A stretch of DNA of 64,000 nucleotides, from assembly GCA_963555755.3 (NCBI GenBank), contig OY820905.2, forward strand, positions 512,001 to 576,000, read 5' to 3'. Shown one piece after another: positions 23,735 through 33,819 of this stretch (the first letter of the stretch is position 1; each line of letters starts with the position of its first letter). The position numbers and the translations under genes were made by a program. This DNA comes from Nitrospirales bacterium. Its GTDB lineage: Bacteria; Nitrospirota; Nitrospiria; Nitrospirales; UBA8639. The notes beneath the pieces are model-generated. The model was not told the DNA's origin. It made no database searches and saw nothing but the letters and a program-made list of their open reading frames with translations.

Positions 23735-25165
23735 ATGAAGTTACCGAATCCTTCAAATAACACCCGGGCAGATCAAATACCTCAAATTTTTGTTGTTTGT
23801 TGCGCATGTTTTTTCTTGTCTCTTTCCGGACAGATTTTTGAAATTCCCAACTCCTATGCCTCCGCATCATCTCTCCTTTCCCAATCTCGAGGCATGCAGG
23901 TTCTTGAGGATATCCAAAATGCTCTCTCAGGGCTGGCCGAAGATGTGATTCCGACAGTGGTGAACGTGTCACCAATTCGGATCTTGGGACAATCCAAAAA
24001 TGTTCCTCGGCAACGGAGACCCAAAACTCCCGGATCAGGGTCTGGTGTCATTATTCATGAAGACGGGTATATCGTCACCAATAACCATGTGATTGGAGGA
24101 GGCATTGAAGCGGAAATCCGTCTGTCTGATCGAACGATATTAATCGCCGAAGTCGTGGGCCGCGATCCTGACACAGACCTTGCTTTGCTGAGAGTGCAAG
24201 TGGATCGGAAACTCCCTGCGGCAAAATTTGGGGATTCCAGTGCTGTGAAAGTCGGTCAATGGGTGTTGGCTGTAGGAAATCCTTTTGGCCTGGATCAGAC
24301 GGTCACCCTGGGGGTTGTCAGCGGAATCGGACGGGAAAACATGAACCTTTCCAAATATGAAAATTTCATTCAAACCGATGCCTCGATTAATCCCGGCAAT
24401 TCAGGCGGGCCTTTGTTTAATTTACGTGGGGAAGTGATCGGTATCAATACTGCGATCATTAACTTTGCTCAAGGGATCGGGTTTGCGATTCCCTCAAATA
24501 TGGCCAACCGAATTATCATGCAGTTGAAAACCGGAGGAAAAGTTGTCCGAGGGTGGCTGGGTGTTGGCATCCAACCATTGACGCCGAAGCTTGGGGAAAA
24601 ATTTGGCGTGGAAGATGGCAAGGGCATCCTGGTCAATGAAGTGTTTGAGGGAGATCCCGCCGACGTGGCCGGCATCAAACCTGGAGATATTATTACCAGC
24701 ATTGGTGGGGAACGATTGGAGTCGCCAAATCAATTGTCCCGTGTGGTCGCCGGTTTTGGCCCAGGAGAGGAAGTCCAAGTGAAGGTCATTCGTGATGGGC
24801 AACCGTTAACATTTCCTGTTTTCTTAGGCATCAGGAAAGAAAAGCCAATGGTGACATCATTGCCACCCATGCAAAACGGGATCGATTTAGGCATTGACGT
24901 CTCCCCCATTACCGATGAATTGGCTGATCGTTATAAAATCGATGATCGAGAAGGCATCCTGGTTACCAAGGTAGGACGACAGAGCATTGCCTATTCGGAA
25001 GGTTTGCGGGAAGGCGATGTAATTAAAGAAGTCAATCGTGTGGAAGTTCCCACTCTTTCCAATTTTCGTGACGCCCTCGAAGACATTCGCCCAGGTGAGA
25101 CCATACTCCTTCGCATCCTCAGAGAGTCACGGGCGTTCTTTGTCGTCTTAAAGCCGGAAACCTAG
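23735..25165 (+). CDS. Do/DegP/HtrA serine endoprotease with two PDZ domains
   Basis: GSGSGVII, VTNNHV, DTDLA, TDASINPGNSGGPL. Confidence 0.95.
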   Translation: MKLPNPSNNTRADQIPQIFVVCCACFFLSLSGQIFEIPNSYASASSLLSQSRGMQVLEDIQNALSGLAEDVIPTVVNVSPIRILGQSKNVPRQRRPKTPGSGSGVIIHEDGYIVTNNHVIGGGIEAEIRLSDRTILIAEVVGRDPDTDLALLRVQVDRKLPAAKFGDSSAVKVGQWVLAVGNPFGLDQTVTLGVVSGIGRENMNLSKYENFIQTDASINPGNSGGPLFNLRGEVIGINTAIINFAQGIGFAIPSNMANRIIMQLKTGGKVVRGWLGVGIQPLTPKLGEKFGVEDGKGILVNEVFEGDPADVAGIKPGDIITSIGGERLESPNQLSRVVAGFGPGEEVQVKVIRDGQPLTFPVFLGIRKEKPMVTSLPPMQNGIDLGIDVSPITDELADRYKIDDREGILVTKVGRQSIAYSEGLREGDVIKEVNRVEVPTLSNFRDALEDIRPGETILLRILRESRAFFVVLKPET

Positions 25166-25255
25166 TTTTGACGTCATGCGTGAACCGTGATCCGTGAAGC
25201 GGAAAAGTGGTAATACTTTTTACTCTGTTCACTCATCACGCATCACTCATTACGA

Positions 25256-27352
25256 TTACCCGTTCACCGCCTGTTTCGCGGCTTTGTGCTCCTCTACAAC
25301 TTTGGTGATCACTTCCCGTGGGGCTTGTTCATAGCCGGAAAATTCCATCACATACGAGCCTTTCCCAGCCGTTATCGATGTGAGAGCTGGGGCATATTTT
25401 AAGATTTCTGCCAGCGGAACACTCGCCTTCACCAACTGGTTATGGCCTTTGACGTCCATCCCTAATATCCGTCCCCGCCGACTGTTTAAGTCTCCAATCA
25501 CCGCGCCAACCATATCTTCCGGAGCGGTCACTTCGACCAACATAATTGGCTCAAGCAACACGGGCTGCGCCGTTTCCATGGCTTTCTTCAATCCCATCGA
25601 CCCTGCCATTTTAAACGCCATTTCCGAAGAATCCACAGGATGATGTGAGCCGTCATACACCGTGACTTGTAAGTCCACGACCGGGAATCCCGCTAAGATG
25701 CCATTATGCATGGCTTCAACCACGCCTTTTTCAACTGCCGGAATGAAATTCCGTGGAATAGCCCCACCTACGATTTTATTGACGAATTCAAATCCCCCAC
25801 CCCTCGGCAACGGGTCAAGTTGCAACCAGCAATCACCATATTGGCCATGGCCCCCGGTTTGTTTTTTGTATTTACCTTGAGCTTGTGCCATTTTTTGAAT
25901 GGTTTCTCGAAAGGCCACTTTGGGTGTGTGTAAATTCACATCCACGCCGTATTTGCGGTGCAATTTTTCCAACGTGATTTCAATATGAGTCTGGCCGACC
26001 CCACTCAACAACATTTCCTTGGTTTCTTCGTTTCGACTGAATTCCAGCGAGGGATCTTCTTCAACGAGTTTATGAAGGCCGAGGCTGACTTTATCAATAT
26101 CGGTCTTAGTTTTAGGTTCCAGGGCAAAAGACATAACCGGACGATTGCGTGTAACCGCAGGCAGGATCACAGGATGTTTATCCGTACAAATCGTATCGCC
26201 GGTCAGTGTATCTTTGAGTTTGCCAATCACAACAATATCACCTGCTGACACCTTCCCGACTTGTGTCGTCTTTTTACCCAACACGCGATAGAGGTGCCCA
26301 CCCTTTTCCTTCACATTGCGAACGGAGTTGTAAAAATGAGAGTCCGCATCGAGGGAGCCAGATTGGACCTTAATATACGTCAGCCGCCCCAGGAAGGGGT
26401 CAATGGTGGTTTTAAACACATAGGCCGAGAACGGATCGCCATCGGTCATTGTGACCGCCACGTCTTCGTCTGTTTGAGGGTGGCGTCCTGTCAGTGGAGC
26501 AGCCTTGGCGCGCTCCTGTGGACACGGTAGTAATTGGGTGATGGCTTCCAGTAATATCGTGGTCCCAATATTTTTTGGGGCACTGCCACACAGCACCGGA
26601 ACACAGAAACGGTTACGGGTCGCCATTGCCAATCCCTGAAGAATTTCCTCCTTCGATAACTCCCCGTCTCCAAGGTACTTTTCCAGTAACTCGTCACTGC
26701 CTTCCGCCGCACTCTCAATTAACTTTTTCCTCGCGTCGTCAACCTTCCCCTGTAACTCCGCTGGGACATCTGTTTCCTGAATTTTATGGCTATTGGGAAC
26801 AGGAATGCCCACCTTTTGATTGAGTAAATCGATGACCCCTTCAAAGCCGGCTTCCTGGCCAAGAGGGATCGCGATGGGGATGCAGGTGATTTCCAAGACT
26901 TGGGAAATTTCTTCCAGCGTTGATTCAAAATTCGTGTGCTCTTTATCAAGTTCATTCACAAAGATCACACTTGGAATCTCCCGCTCCTGAATCACATCCC
27001 ATACCCGTTCGATTTCTGAGCGTAAACCCGAAGCGCCTATGACCAACACCGCAGCATCTGCCACATGAATGGTGGATTTCGTGTCTGCTAAAAAGTCCAG
27101 GCCCCCCGGAGTATCCAAAATATTGAATGAAGTCTCTTTGAAATCAAAATGAAGAAGGGCCGTACTCATGGAATGATGGTGGTGAACCTCTTCCGGTTCA
27201 AAGTCGCCGACAGTGTTGCCGGTTAGGGTTGACCCCATGGCAGGAATCACCCCCGCTGAATACACCAGCGCTTCAGCCAAAGAGGTCTTTCCTGCTCCCG
27301 CATACGATGCCAAAACCACGTTACGAATCGAGTTGGTCGTGTGTTGCGTCAT
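25256..27352 (-). CDS. fusA: Elongation factor G paralog (EF-G2-like) with divergent GTPase motifs
   Basis: Full EF-G architecture (KKQTGGHGQYG, DGSHHPVDSSEMAF, LLEPIM); G motifs read GAGKTS, DTPGG, NELD. Confidence 0.88.
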   Translation of the reverse strand: MTQHTTNSIRNVVLASYAGAGKTSLAEALVYSAGVIPAMGSTLTGNTVGDFEPEEVHHHHSMSTALLHFDFKETSFNILDTPGGLDFLADTKSTIHVADAAVLVIGASGLRSEIERVWDVIQEREIPSVIFVNELDKEHTNFESTLEEISQVLEITCIPIAIPLGQEAGFEGVIDLLNQKVGIPVPNSHKIQETDVPAELQGKVDDARKKLIESAAEGSDELLEKYLGDGELSKEEILQGLAMATRNRFCVPVLCGSAPKNIGTTILLEAITQLLPCPQERAKAAPLTGRHPQTDEDVAVTMTDGDPFSAYVFKTTIDPFLGRLTYIKVQSGSLDADSHFYNSVRNVKEKGGHLYRVLGKKTTQVGKVSAGDIVVIGKLKDTLTGDTICTDKHPVILPAVTRNRPVMSFALEPKTKTDIDKVSLGLHKLVEEDPSLEFSRNEETKEMLLSGVGQTHIEITLEKLHRKYGVDVNLHTPKVAFRETIQKMAQAQGKYKKQTGGHGQYGDCWLQLDPLPRGGGFEFVNKIVGGAIPRNFIPAVEKGVVEAMHNGILAGFPVVDLQVTVYDGSHHPVDSSEMAFKMAGSMGLKKAMETAQPVLLEPIMLVEVTAPEDMVGAVIGDLNSRRGRILGMDVKGHNQLVKASVPLAEILKYAPALTSITAGKGSYVMEFSGYEQAPREVITKVVEEHKAAKQAVNG

Positions 27353-27575
27353 GGCTCCTCCTTTTTGAGTGTCCTCATTCTAGGCTTGCTTGAATTCGAG
27401 TGTCAATAAACCGCCTGTCTGTCAGGGATTTTGACGAAAGAGCGTCCAAATTCCAACCAGGTCCTGTCGAAAATAAATTTTTTGTCCAAAGCGAATTAGC
27501 GTCAAACCCTCGTTTCTTCCCGGTTTCTTAATCAAAACATCAGATTCAATTGTGCATCGAATGGGCAAACCATCA

Positions 27576-27591
27576 TGGCATGCGAGATGCA
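27576..27591 (+). promoter_or_regulatory. Candidate sigma54 -24/-12 promoter (TGGCATGCGAGATGCA)
   Basis: GG-N10-GC spacing in the 496-bp intergenic region upstream of 27849. Confidence 0.55.
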
Positions 27592-27848
27592 CAATAGAGA
27601 TTAACGTTAGGCAATTTCTACCGATTTAAATCAAGCAACAAAGGAGAAAGGGGGCATGGGAATACGGTATCCATAAAAAAAATTCCAATAAATCATGATT
27701 AAGCGGGTTTTGTAAACGCGCCCACAATAAGGGGCTCATGGACAGGCCTGGACCAAAGTATAAGTATAATTAATTAGGTATTAATAAAGCTAATCCTTCC
27801 ACACTCAAAATTATTCGGGAAGGAACCCATTAAAAAAAGGATTTACCA

Positions 27849-30092
27849 ATGTCACCCCTTCCGGTTCAACAAAATATTAATCTGCCACAGAGCCTTTGGC
27901 ATACCAGTGGAAAAACTGTGGTTCAATTGGAATTCCATGGAGCCACATGGCAGGGAACAATCTCGTCCCTCACAGAAAAAAACTTGTCAGTATCGGTGGA
28001 GGGATTTATTCCAATTACGATTTCCCAAAGTGTAAATTTTACAGTATCGACGGGTCAGACATTTTTGGAAATACGAGGAAAGGTTTCATCAGTCACTGTA
28101 GAGAAAAATGCGGAGGAACGTGGTGCCTCTCATTTTGGTCATATGATGGTTCAGATATCGTGGCCCCACCTTGATGAATGTACGTCCTTCCAACTTCAAG
28201 CATTTTTGGGAAGGAAAGAATGGAAGAGCGGAGTTGAACACATTGCACTGACATTTATAGCGGATCAAGCGGGAGACAGGTTATGTGATCTTTCACCATC
28301 AACCCCAACCCTATTCAAAGACCACGCGGGTTTGCCGGAACTGGCAAAGGCTTCACACCCGAAATTGATCAGCACGCCATTTCACTGTCTGAACGATTCA
28401 GGAAAGAACATTGTCGGATACGTTGATCATCAGGAACATGCGCAGGCACAAGCCCCTGTCGTGGTGTTGGCGCCAGGTTATGGTGAGACCAAACGCGAAT
28501 ACATCACCTTGGCCTATTACCTGGCGAGCAATGGGTTCAACGTATTGCGGTATGACCATACTGACCATGTGGGGGAAAGCGATGGGGATCACGAACAGAC
28601 CAGTCTTAGCAAAATGAAACAGGATATGGACACCATGCTCGACTTCGCAAAACAGAATTGGAGTCACAGCCAAGTGGCGTTAGTCGCGACAAGTTTAGCA
28701 GGACGTGTAGCGCTTAAAGTTCTGAGTAAGGATCGCCAGGTTGACCAACTCATTTTAATTAGCGGGATCGTCGATGTACGCACCACCCTGACCGCCGTGC
28801 ATCAAGAAGATTTAATTGGGGATTACCTGGATGGCACTGGCCGTGGTGTCACCAATGTGCTTGGATTTAATGTCGATGGAAACACCTTCCTCAAAGATAC
28901 GGTTGAAGGCCAGTACAGTGAATTAGCAATGACTATTGAAGATGTTCGAAACCTGACGTCTCCCGTGGTTTGGTTTTCGGCTGAACAGGATGCCTGGGTC
29001 AATCAGGAATCACACCACCAAGTGATGAATGCCTTTTCATCACAACAATGCCGGTCTTTCATCATTCCCGAAGGACTCCATCGCCTTCAAGAAAATCCAA
29101 GAAAAGCCCGTGCCGTGTACCGCCACATTGTCTTTGCCTGTCAGGAGCAACTTGGGGGGCATCCAGAAACCGGCGAACTGGTTGAACCGTCACGCAAAGA
29201 GATCGGCCAGCAAAATCGAATTGAGCGAGAGAACAATCAAACACGGCGATTTCAACACGAAGCGGATCTGGTGGATTTCTGGTCCCATTACCTATCGAAT
29301 TTTCATTATATTGCCAATAGCCATGATTACATGGCGGCCTTAGATCATATTTATCACCTCTTAGGCACTGTGTCCCCAGGAGATCGCTTGCTGGATGCTG
29401 GCTGTGGCAATGGCCATTTTGGATCATTCCTGTTTACGAAGGAATGGATGAAACGTCAACAGACCAAGAATCAACATGATGAACCCATTCACTACGTTGG
29501 TGTGGATTTTGTCGAGACGGCTTTGAAAGAGGCCAATACACACCTCAACCACGTTCTCAAGCAGGCAAACCAAGGGCCATCAACCGGCACGAATCTATCC
29601 AACATTCTTGTGCCAAAATTTTATCGTCTTGACTTGAACAAACCATTGCCATTTAGAGATGGAAGCTTTGATCGTATTATGAGCAATTTAGTCATTGGGT
29701 ATTTACGGGATCCGGCAGCCAGTATCCGTGAATTGCTCAGAGTATTGGCCCCAGGCGGCAAGTTGGTATTGACGAACCTCAAACCCTGTTCCGATTTGAC
29801 ACAAATTTATCGAAACTTTGTGGACGGGACGATCGCCGATACGGCGATTCAGGAAGCTCGGGAGGTCTTGAACAACTCAAGCCATATTCGACAAGGTGAG
29901 AGCGAAGGCGCCTTCCAATTTTACAGCCAAGAAGAATTTCACCAAGTCTTGCAATCCTGTGGCGCAGACAATCCTCGCGTGTTTCCGACATTTGGCAATC
30001 AAGCCTTTATTGGTGTCGTTGAGAAACCTGCGTTGTCAGAAAAAGAGGCACATACTGTCCCGTGCATATTAGAATCCTTGGTTGCAGCCTGA
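27849..30092 (+). CDS. Fusion: degenerate PilZ-like N-terminus, LuxD-like acyl-ACP thioesterase/acyltransferase, class I SAM methyltransferase
   Basis: LAYYLASNGFNVLRYDHTDHVGESDG, ATSLAGRVA, AEQDAWV and EGLHRL parallel LuxD motifs; LLDAGCGNG, DLNKPLPF..GSFD and RVLAPGG are methyltransferase motifs. Confidence 0.8.
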   Translation: MSPLPVQQNINLPQSLWHTSGKTVVQLEFHGATWQGTISSLTEKNLSVSVEGFIPITISQSVNFTVSTGQTFLEIRGKVSSVTVEKNAEERGASHFGHMMVQISWPHLDECTSFQLQAFLGRKEWKSGVEHIALTFIADQAGDRLCDLSPSTPTLFKDHAGLPELAKASHPKLISTPFHCLNDSGKNIVGYVDHQEHAQAQAPVVVLAPGYGETKREYITLAYYLASNGFNVLRYDHTDHVGESDGDHEQTSLSKMKQDMDTMLDFAKQNWSHSQVALVATSLAGRVALKVLSKDRQVDQLILISGIVDVRTTLTAVHQEDLIGDYLDGTGRGVTNVLGFNVDGNTFLKDTVEGQYSELAMTIEDVRNLTSPVVWFSAEQDAWVNQESHHQVMNAFSSQQCRSFIIPEGLHRLQENPRKARAVYRHIVFACQEQLGGHPETGELVEPSRKEIGQQNRIERENNQTRRFQHEADLVDFWSHYLSNFHYIANSHDYMAALDHIYHLLGTVSPGDRLLDAGCGNGHFGSFLFTKEWMKRQQTKNQHDEPIHYVGVDFVETALKEANTHLNHVLKQANQGPSTGTNLSNILVPKFYRLDLNKPLPFRDGSFDRIMSNLVIGYLRDPAASIRELLRVLAPGGKLVLTNLKPCSDLTQIYRNFVDGTIADTAIQEAREVLNNSSHIRQGESEGAFQFYSQEEFHQVLQSCGADNPRVFPTFGNQAFIGVVEKPALSEKEAHTVPCILESLVAA

Positions 30093-30152
30093 GCAACTGA
30101 AGATACTCGGGTTTTCCCTTTGCATGTCTTCTCGTTTTCGATTACCCTCCTA

Positions 30153-30314
30153 GGAGCCTGTCCAAGATTAGACAGATCTATTGCGGATGTGGTGGATTTG
30201 GCAAGATCTTCCGATCCTTTTCGTTGAATAGTCCAACTATTCGCCTCAAACGGTCGAAATATCTGACTCAAACCCGCACATTTTCATGACGATCGTTCAT
30301 CTCGGACAGGCTCC
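30153..30314. repeat. MITE family E (GGAGCCTGTCCAAGAT...ATCTCGGACAGGCTCC)
   Basis: Inverted termini; central GAATAG-TCCAA-CTATTC hairpin. Confidence 0.75.
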
Positions 30315-30375
30315 GAGTCATATCCTTTCTCATATTTTTTACAGCCTAGATGATGACCTCCCACAATCAATTCTT

Positions 30376-32526
30376 ATGACGTTTTGGGCTCTAAGCGGAT
30401 TACTCAACGGTCTTGCGGCCACTGGCCTCACGATCTTGGTCTATTCTCGAGATCCGCACGAGATTCGGCATCGAACGTTTGGTTACTTTGGGGTATCAGT
30501 GGCCGTCTGGAGTTTTGGCTATTTTGCCTGGCAAATAGCTGATACCCAGGAAACCGCTTTATTCCTCACCAGGGTGTTTATGATGGGCGCCATTTGTATT
30601 CCCATCACGTATTTGCACCATATCCTCGTACTCCTCAATCGTGTCGAACGGTATCAAGCCACACTGCGGGCATCCTATGCGATCGCAGTCGTGTTTCTCA
30701 TTGGAAACACGACGCCGGCGTTTATCGCCAACGTTCTGCCTGCCCTTTCTTTTCCCTTCTGGCCACGAGCAGGATGGCTGTTTCATTCATTTATGGTGTG
30801 GTGGGGGCTCCTGGCCGTATTTTCTATCTACCTGTTATCTGTCGCAGCTAGGCGCGCGGCTGGAATAAAACACACGCAGTACCTCTATTTACTCTTCGGT
30901 ACCCTTATTGGGTACGGAGGCGGCGCAACAAATTTTCCTCTTTGGTATGACATCCCTCTGCTCCCATATGGCACCATCTTTACCACCATCTATGTTGCCC
31001 TGGTAGCCTACACCTTATTGCAACATCGGTTAATGGACTTTTCCCTCGCGTTCGAAAAAGGGGTCACGTATCTCGTATTGTTGGTTCTTGTGGCCTTACC
31101 CGTCTATCCCCTCTTGCTGCTCATGCAAAAAATATTCTGGGATCACATTAATCTCCAATTTTCATTTCTGTTGCTGACCCTCTTCCTTCTCACAGTCATT
31201 GGGGCTTACCAAATGAAAGTGGGTACGGAAGGGGCGGTTTTTCGGACATTGTTTCGAGAACGTCATGAAACCTATACCACGCTCTCTAACTTTTCCAAAG
31301 CCCTTGTCACCATTCTCGATGTGAATAGGTTAACGGATGAAATCGTTCGAACCCTAGGCCAGAACATGGGAGCCAAAACCGTCTCCTTGTATCTTCTTGA
31401 GAAGCAACAGGCGACCTATCGGCTCGCCGCCGAATTTGGAGCGCCGAAAGGAAAGACGCTACACCTCTCTACCGTTGGTCTTCACAGTCCCCTCCCGCAA
31501 TATCTTCAGGAAACACAAGCGGGTCTGCTACGCCAAAACCTAGAGCATGAGTCGCGCACCGAAGCGGCTCAACTATTGACCATTCTTCGCGACTCATTCC
31601 ACAGTGAAGTCGTGTTGCCCTTAGCCAATAAACATCGACTTGTGGGGTTTTGCTGTCTTGGAGTTCGGAGTGGTCGTGTGCTCTATTCCGAACAAGATCT
31701 CACGATTTTAATGACACTCGCACAGGAAGCGGCCATTGCACTTGACAACAGCTTGCTCTATGAAGAACTCAAAGAATCACAAGCGCAGACCCACCGGACA
31801 GATCGACTGCGATCGTTGGAATCCATGGCCGGGGGGCTTGCCCATGAAATACGCCTTCCGCTCGGTTCAATTAAAACGTTCGTCACCCAAGTTCCCACTC
31901 ACATTCAAGATCCGGAGTATGTCGCAAAATTGTCGGAAGGTGTGGCCCAGGATGTCGCGAAGATTGAACGGTTGATCAAAGAAGTCTTGGACTATGCACG
32001 ACAAACCAAACCTCAACTCAGACAAGAAGACCTCAACCAGATTGTGGAATCCTGTTTACATTTTATCGAAGCCATTCCCACATCCAAGCCGGTCATGATC
32101 GAAAAAAACCTGTCAACCACGATTCCACCTCTTTGGATTGACCGGCAACAAATCAAACAAGTCGTGCTGAACATCTTGATGAGTAGCATAGACATGATGG
32201 GTCCAGTGGGGGGCACGATTACCGTGAGCACCAAACCCCGCACGAAATCGGAACATGAACCGTGGGCAGAGCTAGAGATAACCCTAGCCCGAGGGGGATT
32301 CCCGTTGCCAGAATTTCAAGGTGATGGAGGATTATTGTTTGCCCATGATACCGCTGCTGACGATTTGGAACCTCAACCGATACGGGGCGAAGGGTTGGGG
32401 CTGGCCATTGCGAATCAAATCATTCAGGAGCATCATGGATTCATCGATGTCAAACTGGGAACTGGCGCCGATATTTCCATCACAGTCCTCTTGCCTGCAA
32501 AGTCTATCTCCTCAAAAACAACCTAA
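30376..32526 (+). CDS. Membrane sensor histidine kinase (N-terminal multi-TM/7TM region, GAF, HisKA, degenerate HATPase)
   Basis: About 8-9 hydrophobic helices; GAF-like segment ending AAIALDN; H box AHEIR; G2 GEGLGLAI; start set at MTFWALSG after the MITE. Confidence 0.85.
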   Translation: MTFWALSGLLNGLAATGLTILVYSRDPHEIRHRTFGYFGVSVAVWSFGYFAWQIADTQETALFLTRVFMMGAICIPITYLHHILVLLNRVERYQATLRASYAIAVVFLIGNTTPAFIANVLPALSFPFWPRAGWLFHSFMVWWGLLAVFSIYLLSVAARRAAGIKHTQYLYLLFGTLIGYGGGATNFPLWYDIPLLPYGTIFTTIYVALVAYTLLQHRLMDFSLAFEKGVTYLVLLVLVALPVYPLLLLMQKIFWDHINLQFSFLLLTLFLLTVIGAYQMKVGTEGAVFRTLFRERHETYTTLSNFSKALVTILDVNRLTDEIVRTLGQNMGAKTVSLYLLEKQQATYRLAAEFGAPKGKTLHLSTVGLHSPLPQYLQETQAGLLRQNLEHESRTEAAQLLTILRDSFHSEVVLPLANKHRLVGFCCLGVRSGRVLYSEQDLTILMTLAQEAAIALDNSLLYEELKESQAQTHRTDRLRSLESMAGGLAHEIRLPLGSIKTFVTQVPTHIQDPEYVAKLSEGVAQDVAKIERLIKEVLDYARQTKPQLRQEDLNQIVESCLHFIEAIPTSKPVMIEKNLSTTIPPLWIDRQQIKQVVLNILMSSIDMMGPVGGTITVSTKPRTKSEHEPWAELEITLARGGFPLPEFQGDGGLLFAHDTAADDLEPQPIRGEGLGLAIANQIIQEHHGFIDVKLGTGADISITVLLPAKSISSKTT

Positions 32527-32705
32527 GGGTCTGTGATAAAATAACTTGAACATCTCGCATCCCATCTTCGGGTCGGCTTTGAACGCGCCTCAATCGAAGA
32601 AACCTCAACATAGGCATGCTATGCTTCGGTTTTTTCTCAATCGTTCCGTCCAAATCCAACCCAAATCTGGGCGCGATGTTGTCCAAGGTATTTTTTCACA
32701 GGCCC
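32527..32705. repeat. MITE family C copy 2 with TAA flanks
   Basis: GGGTCTGTGATAAAATAAC...GTATTTTTTCACAGGCCC; starts directly after the kinase stop TAA. Confidence 0.8.
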
Positions 32706-32739
32706 TAATAGCCATTTATTGGCATCGTCGAAGCTATTC

Positions 32740-33123
32740 ATGACCGAAAGACCTTCCTCACGAATCCAAACCCACCATATCCTAGCTGTCATCTGCTTTG
32801 GATTATTTGCCGGAGCCATGGCCCTCAATGCCCTTCAAACAACGGAACCAGAGGTGGTACCAACACGAAGTGTCATGTGGAATGCCTTTCAATATGGCAT
32901 GCCGTTACTCATCGGCGGGATGTGCCTCACCGGAAAACGCTGGGCCTTCATGACGGCGATTATCTATGGAACACTGGGACTAGCCTTGGACATGGCAACG
33001 TTTGTACAAAGTCTTACCGGAGGGAATGATCCCTTAGAATTTATAGTCATCATCAGTACGACAGCCCTATTGAACTTTTTGCTTATCGCTCTTGGAGGAC
33101 GCGCAGTCCTTCAAATAAAGTAA
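32740..33123 (+). CDS. Hypothetical four-helix membrane protein
   Basis: About 127 aa with four hydrophobic segments. Confidence 0.6.
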   Translation: MTERPSSRIQTHHILAVICFGLFAGAMALNALQTTEPEVVPTRSVMWNAFQYGMPLLIGGMCLTGKRWAFMTAIIYGTLGLALDMATFVQSLTGGNDPLEFIVIISTTALLNFLLIALGGRAVLQIK

Positions 33124-33151
33124 CGTTCAAATCGAATGAGGAGAATTCATC

Positions 33152-33594
33152 ATGGCAACTTCCCCTTAGGGATCCAACGCGTGGTTCAAGATATTTTTAA
33201 CGGGCAATAGCATGAATTAGTCGATGAATTCTATGATTTGAAATGTTGCGGGTCTGATCCTGCAATAGGAAATGGACAAACCATGGGAACTGAGCAGCTC
33301 AAAGGTTTGCTCCGCACCTACCGGCAAGCATTTCCTGATCACACATATGAAATTCTTGATCTTCTAGAAGATGGGGATAAAGTCGCCATGCGCTGGCGAG
33401 TGAAAGGCACACACACGGGTCCACTGGGCGAACTCCAACCCACGGGTAAGGCCATTGAAATTGAAGGGTTTGCCATCTGCCGAATCGCGGATGGCCGTAT
33501 TCAACAAGTCTGGCAACAATGGGATAACATGGGCCTCATGGAACAATTAGGTCAGGGCGAAAACAAAGTCCTCATTGAGCCACTGGTCGGATAA
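33152..33594 (+). pseudogene. SnoaL-like ester cyclase (NTF2 fold) with a disrupted 5' end
   Basis: RQAFPD...DGDKVA.RW..KGTHTG...PTGK...DGRI...WD motifs; ATG 33152 after GAGGAG is out of frame and an in-frame TAG lies near 33208. Confidence 0.65.
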
Positions 33595-33783
33595 AAAATG
33601 AGAAGCCCCTGATCTTTCCGATTAGTTTTACTATAGTGTTTTAACTTTCAACTAAGGGGATTTTTGAATAATTGGCAAAATGTCGGTTTTTTGAAAATCG
33701 CACCTCTTTAAAAACAACGAGTTCCGATTTCAGTTTCCACAAAAATTCCTATTATTCAACAGCCCCCAAGACATCTCAAAATT

Positions 33784-33819
33784 CCCTCGCCCCTGAGGGG
33801 AGAGGGTTAGGGTGAGGGG
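33784..33819. repeat. 36-bp REP-like element (reverse complement of 14331-14366)
   Basis: Exact match on the opposite strand. Confidence 0.75.

Noticed and set aside
27849..28260. Functional c-di-GMP-binding PilZ domain
   Set aside because: RxxxR and D/NxSxxG motifs are not evident; the resemblance is at most fold-level
27849..30092. Bioluminescence (lux) operon
   Set aside because: No luxA, luxB, luxC or luxE homologues seen; the LuxD-like domain is fused to a methyltransferase
30286..30375. N-terminal extension of the histidine kinase
   Set aside because: It starts inside MITE family E; ATG 30376 gives a typical first transmembrane segment
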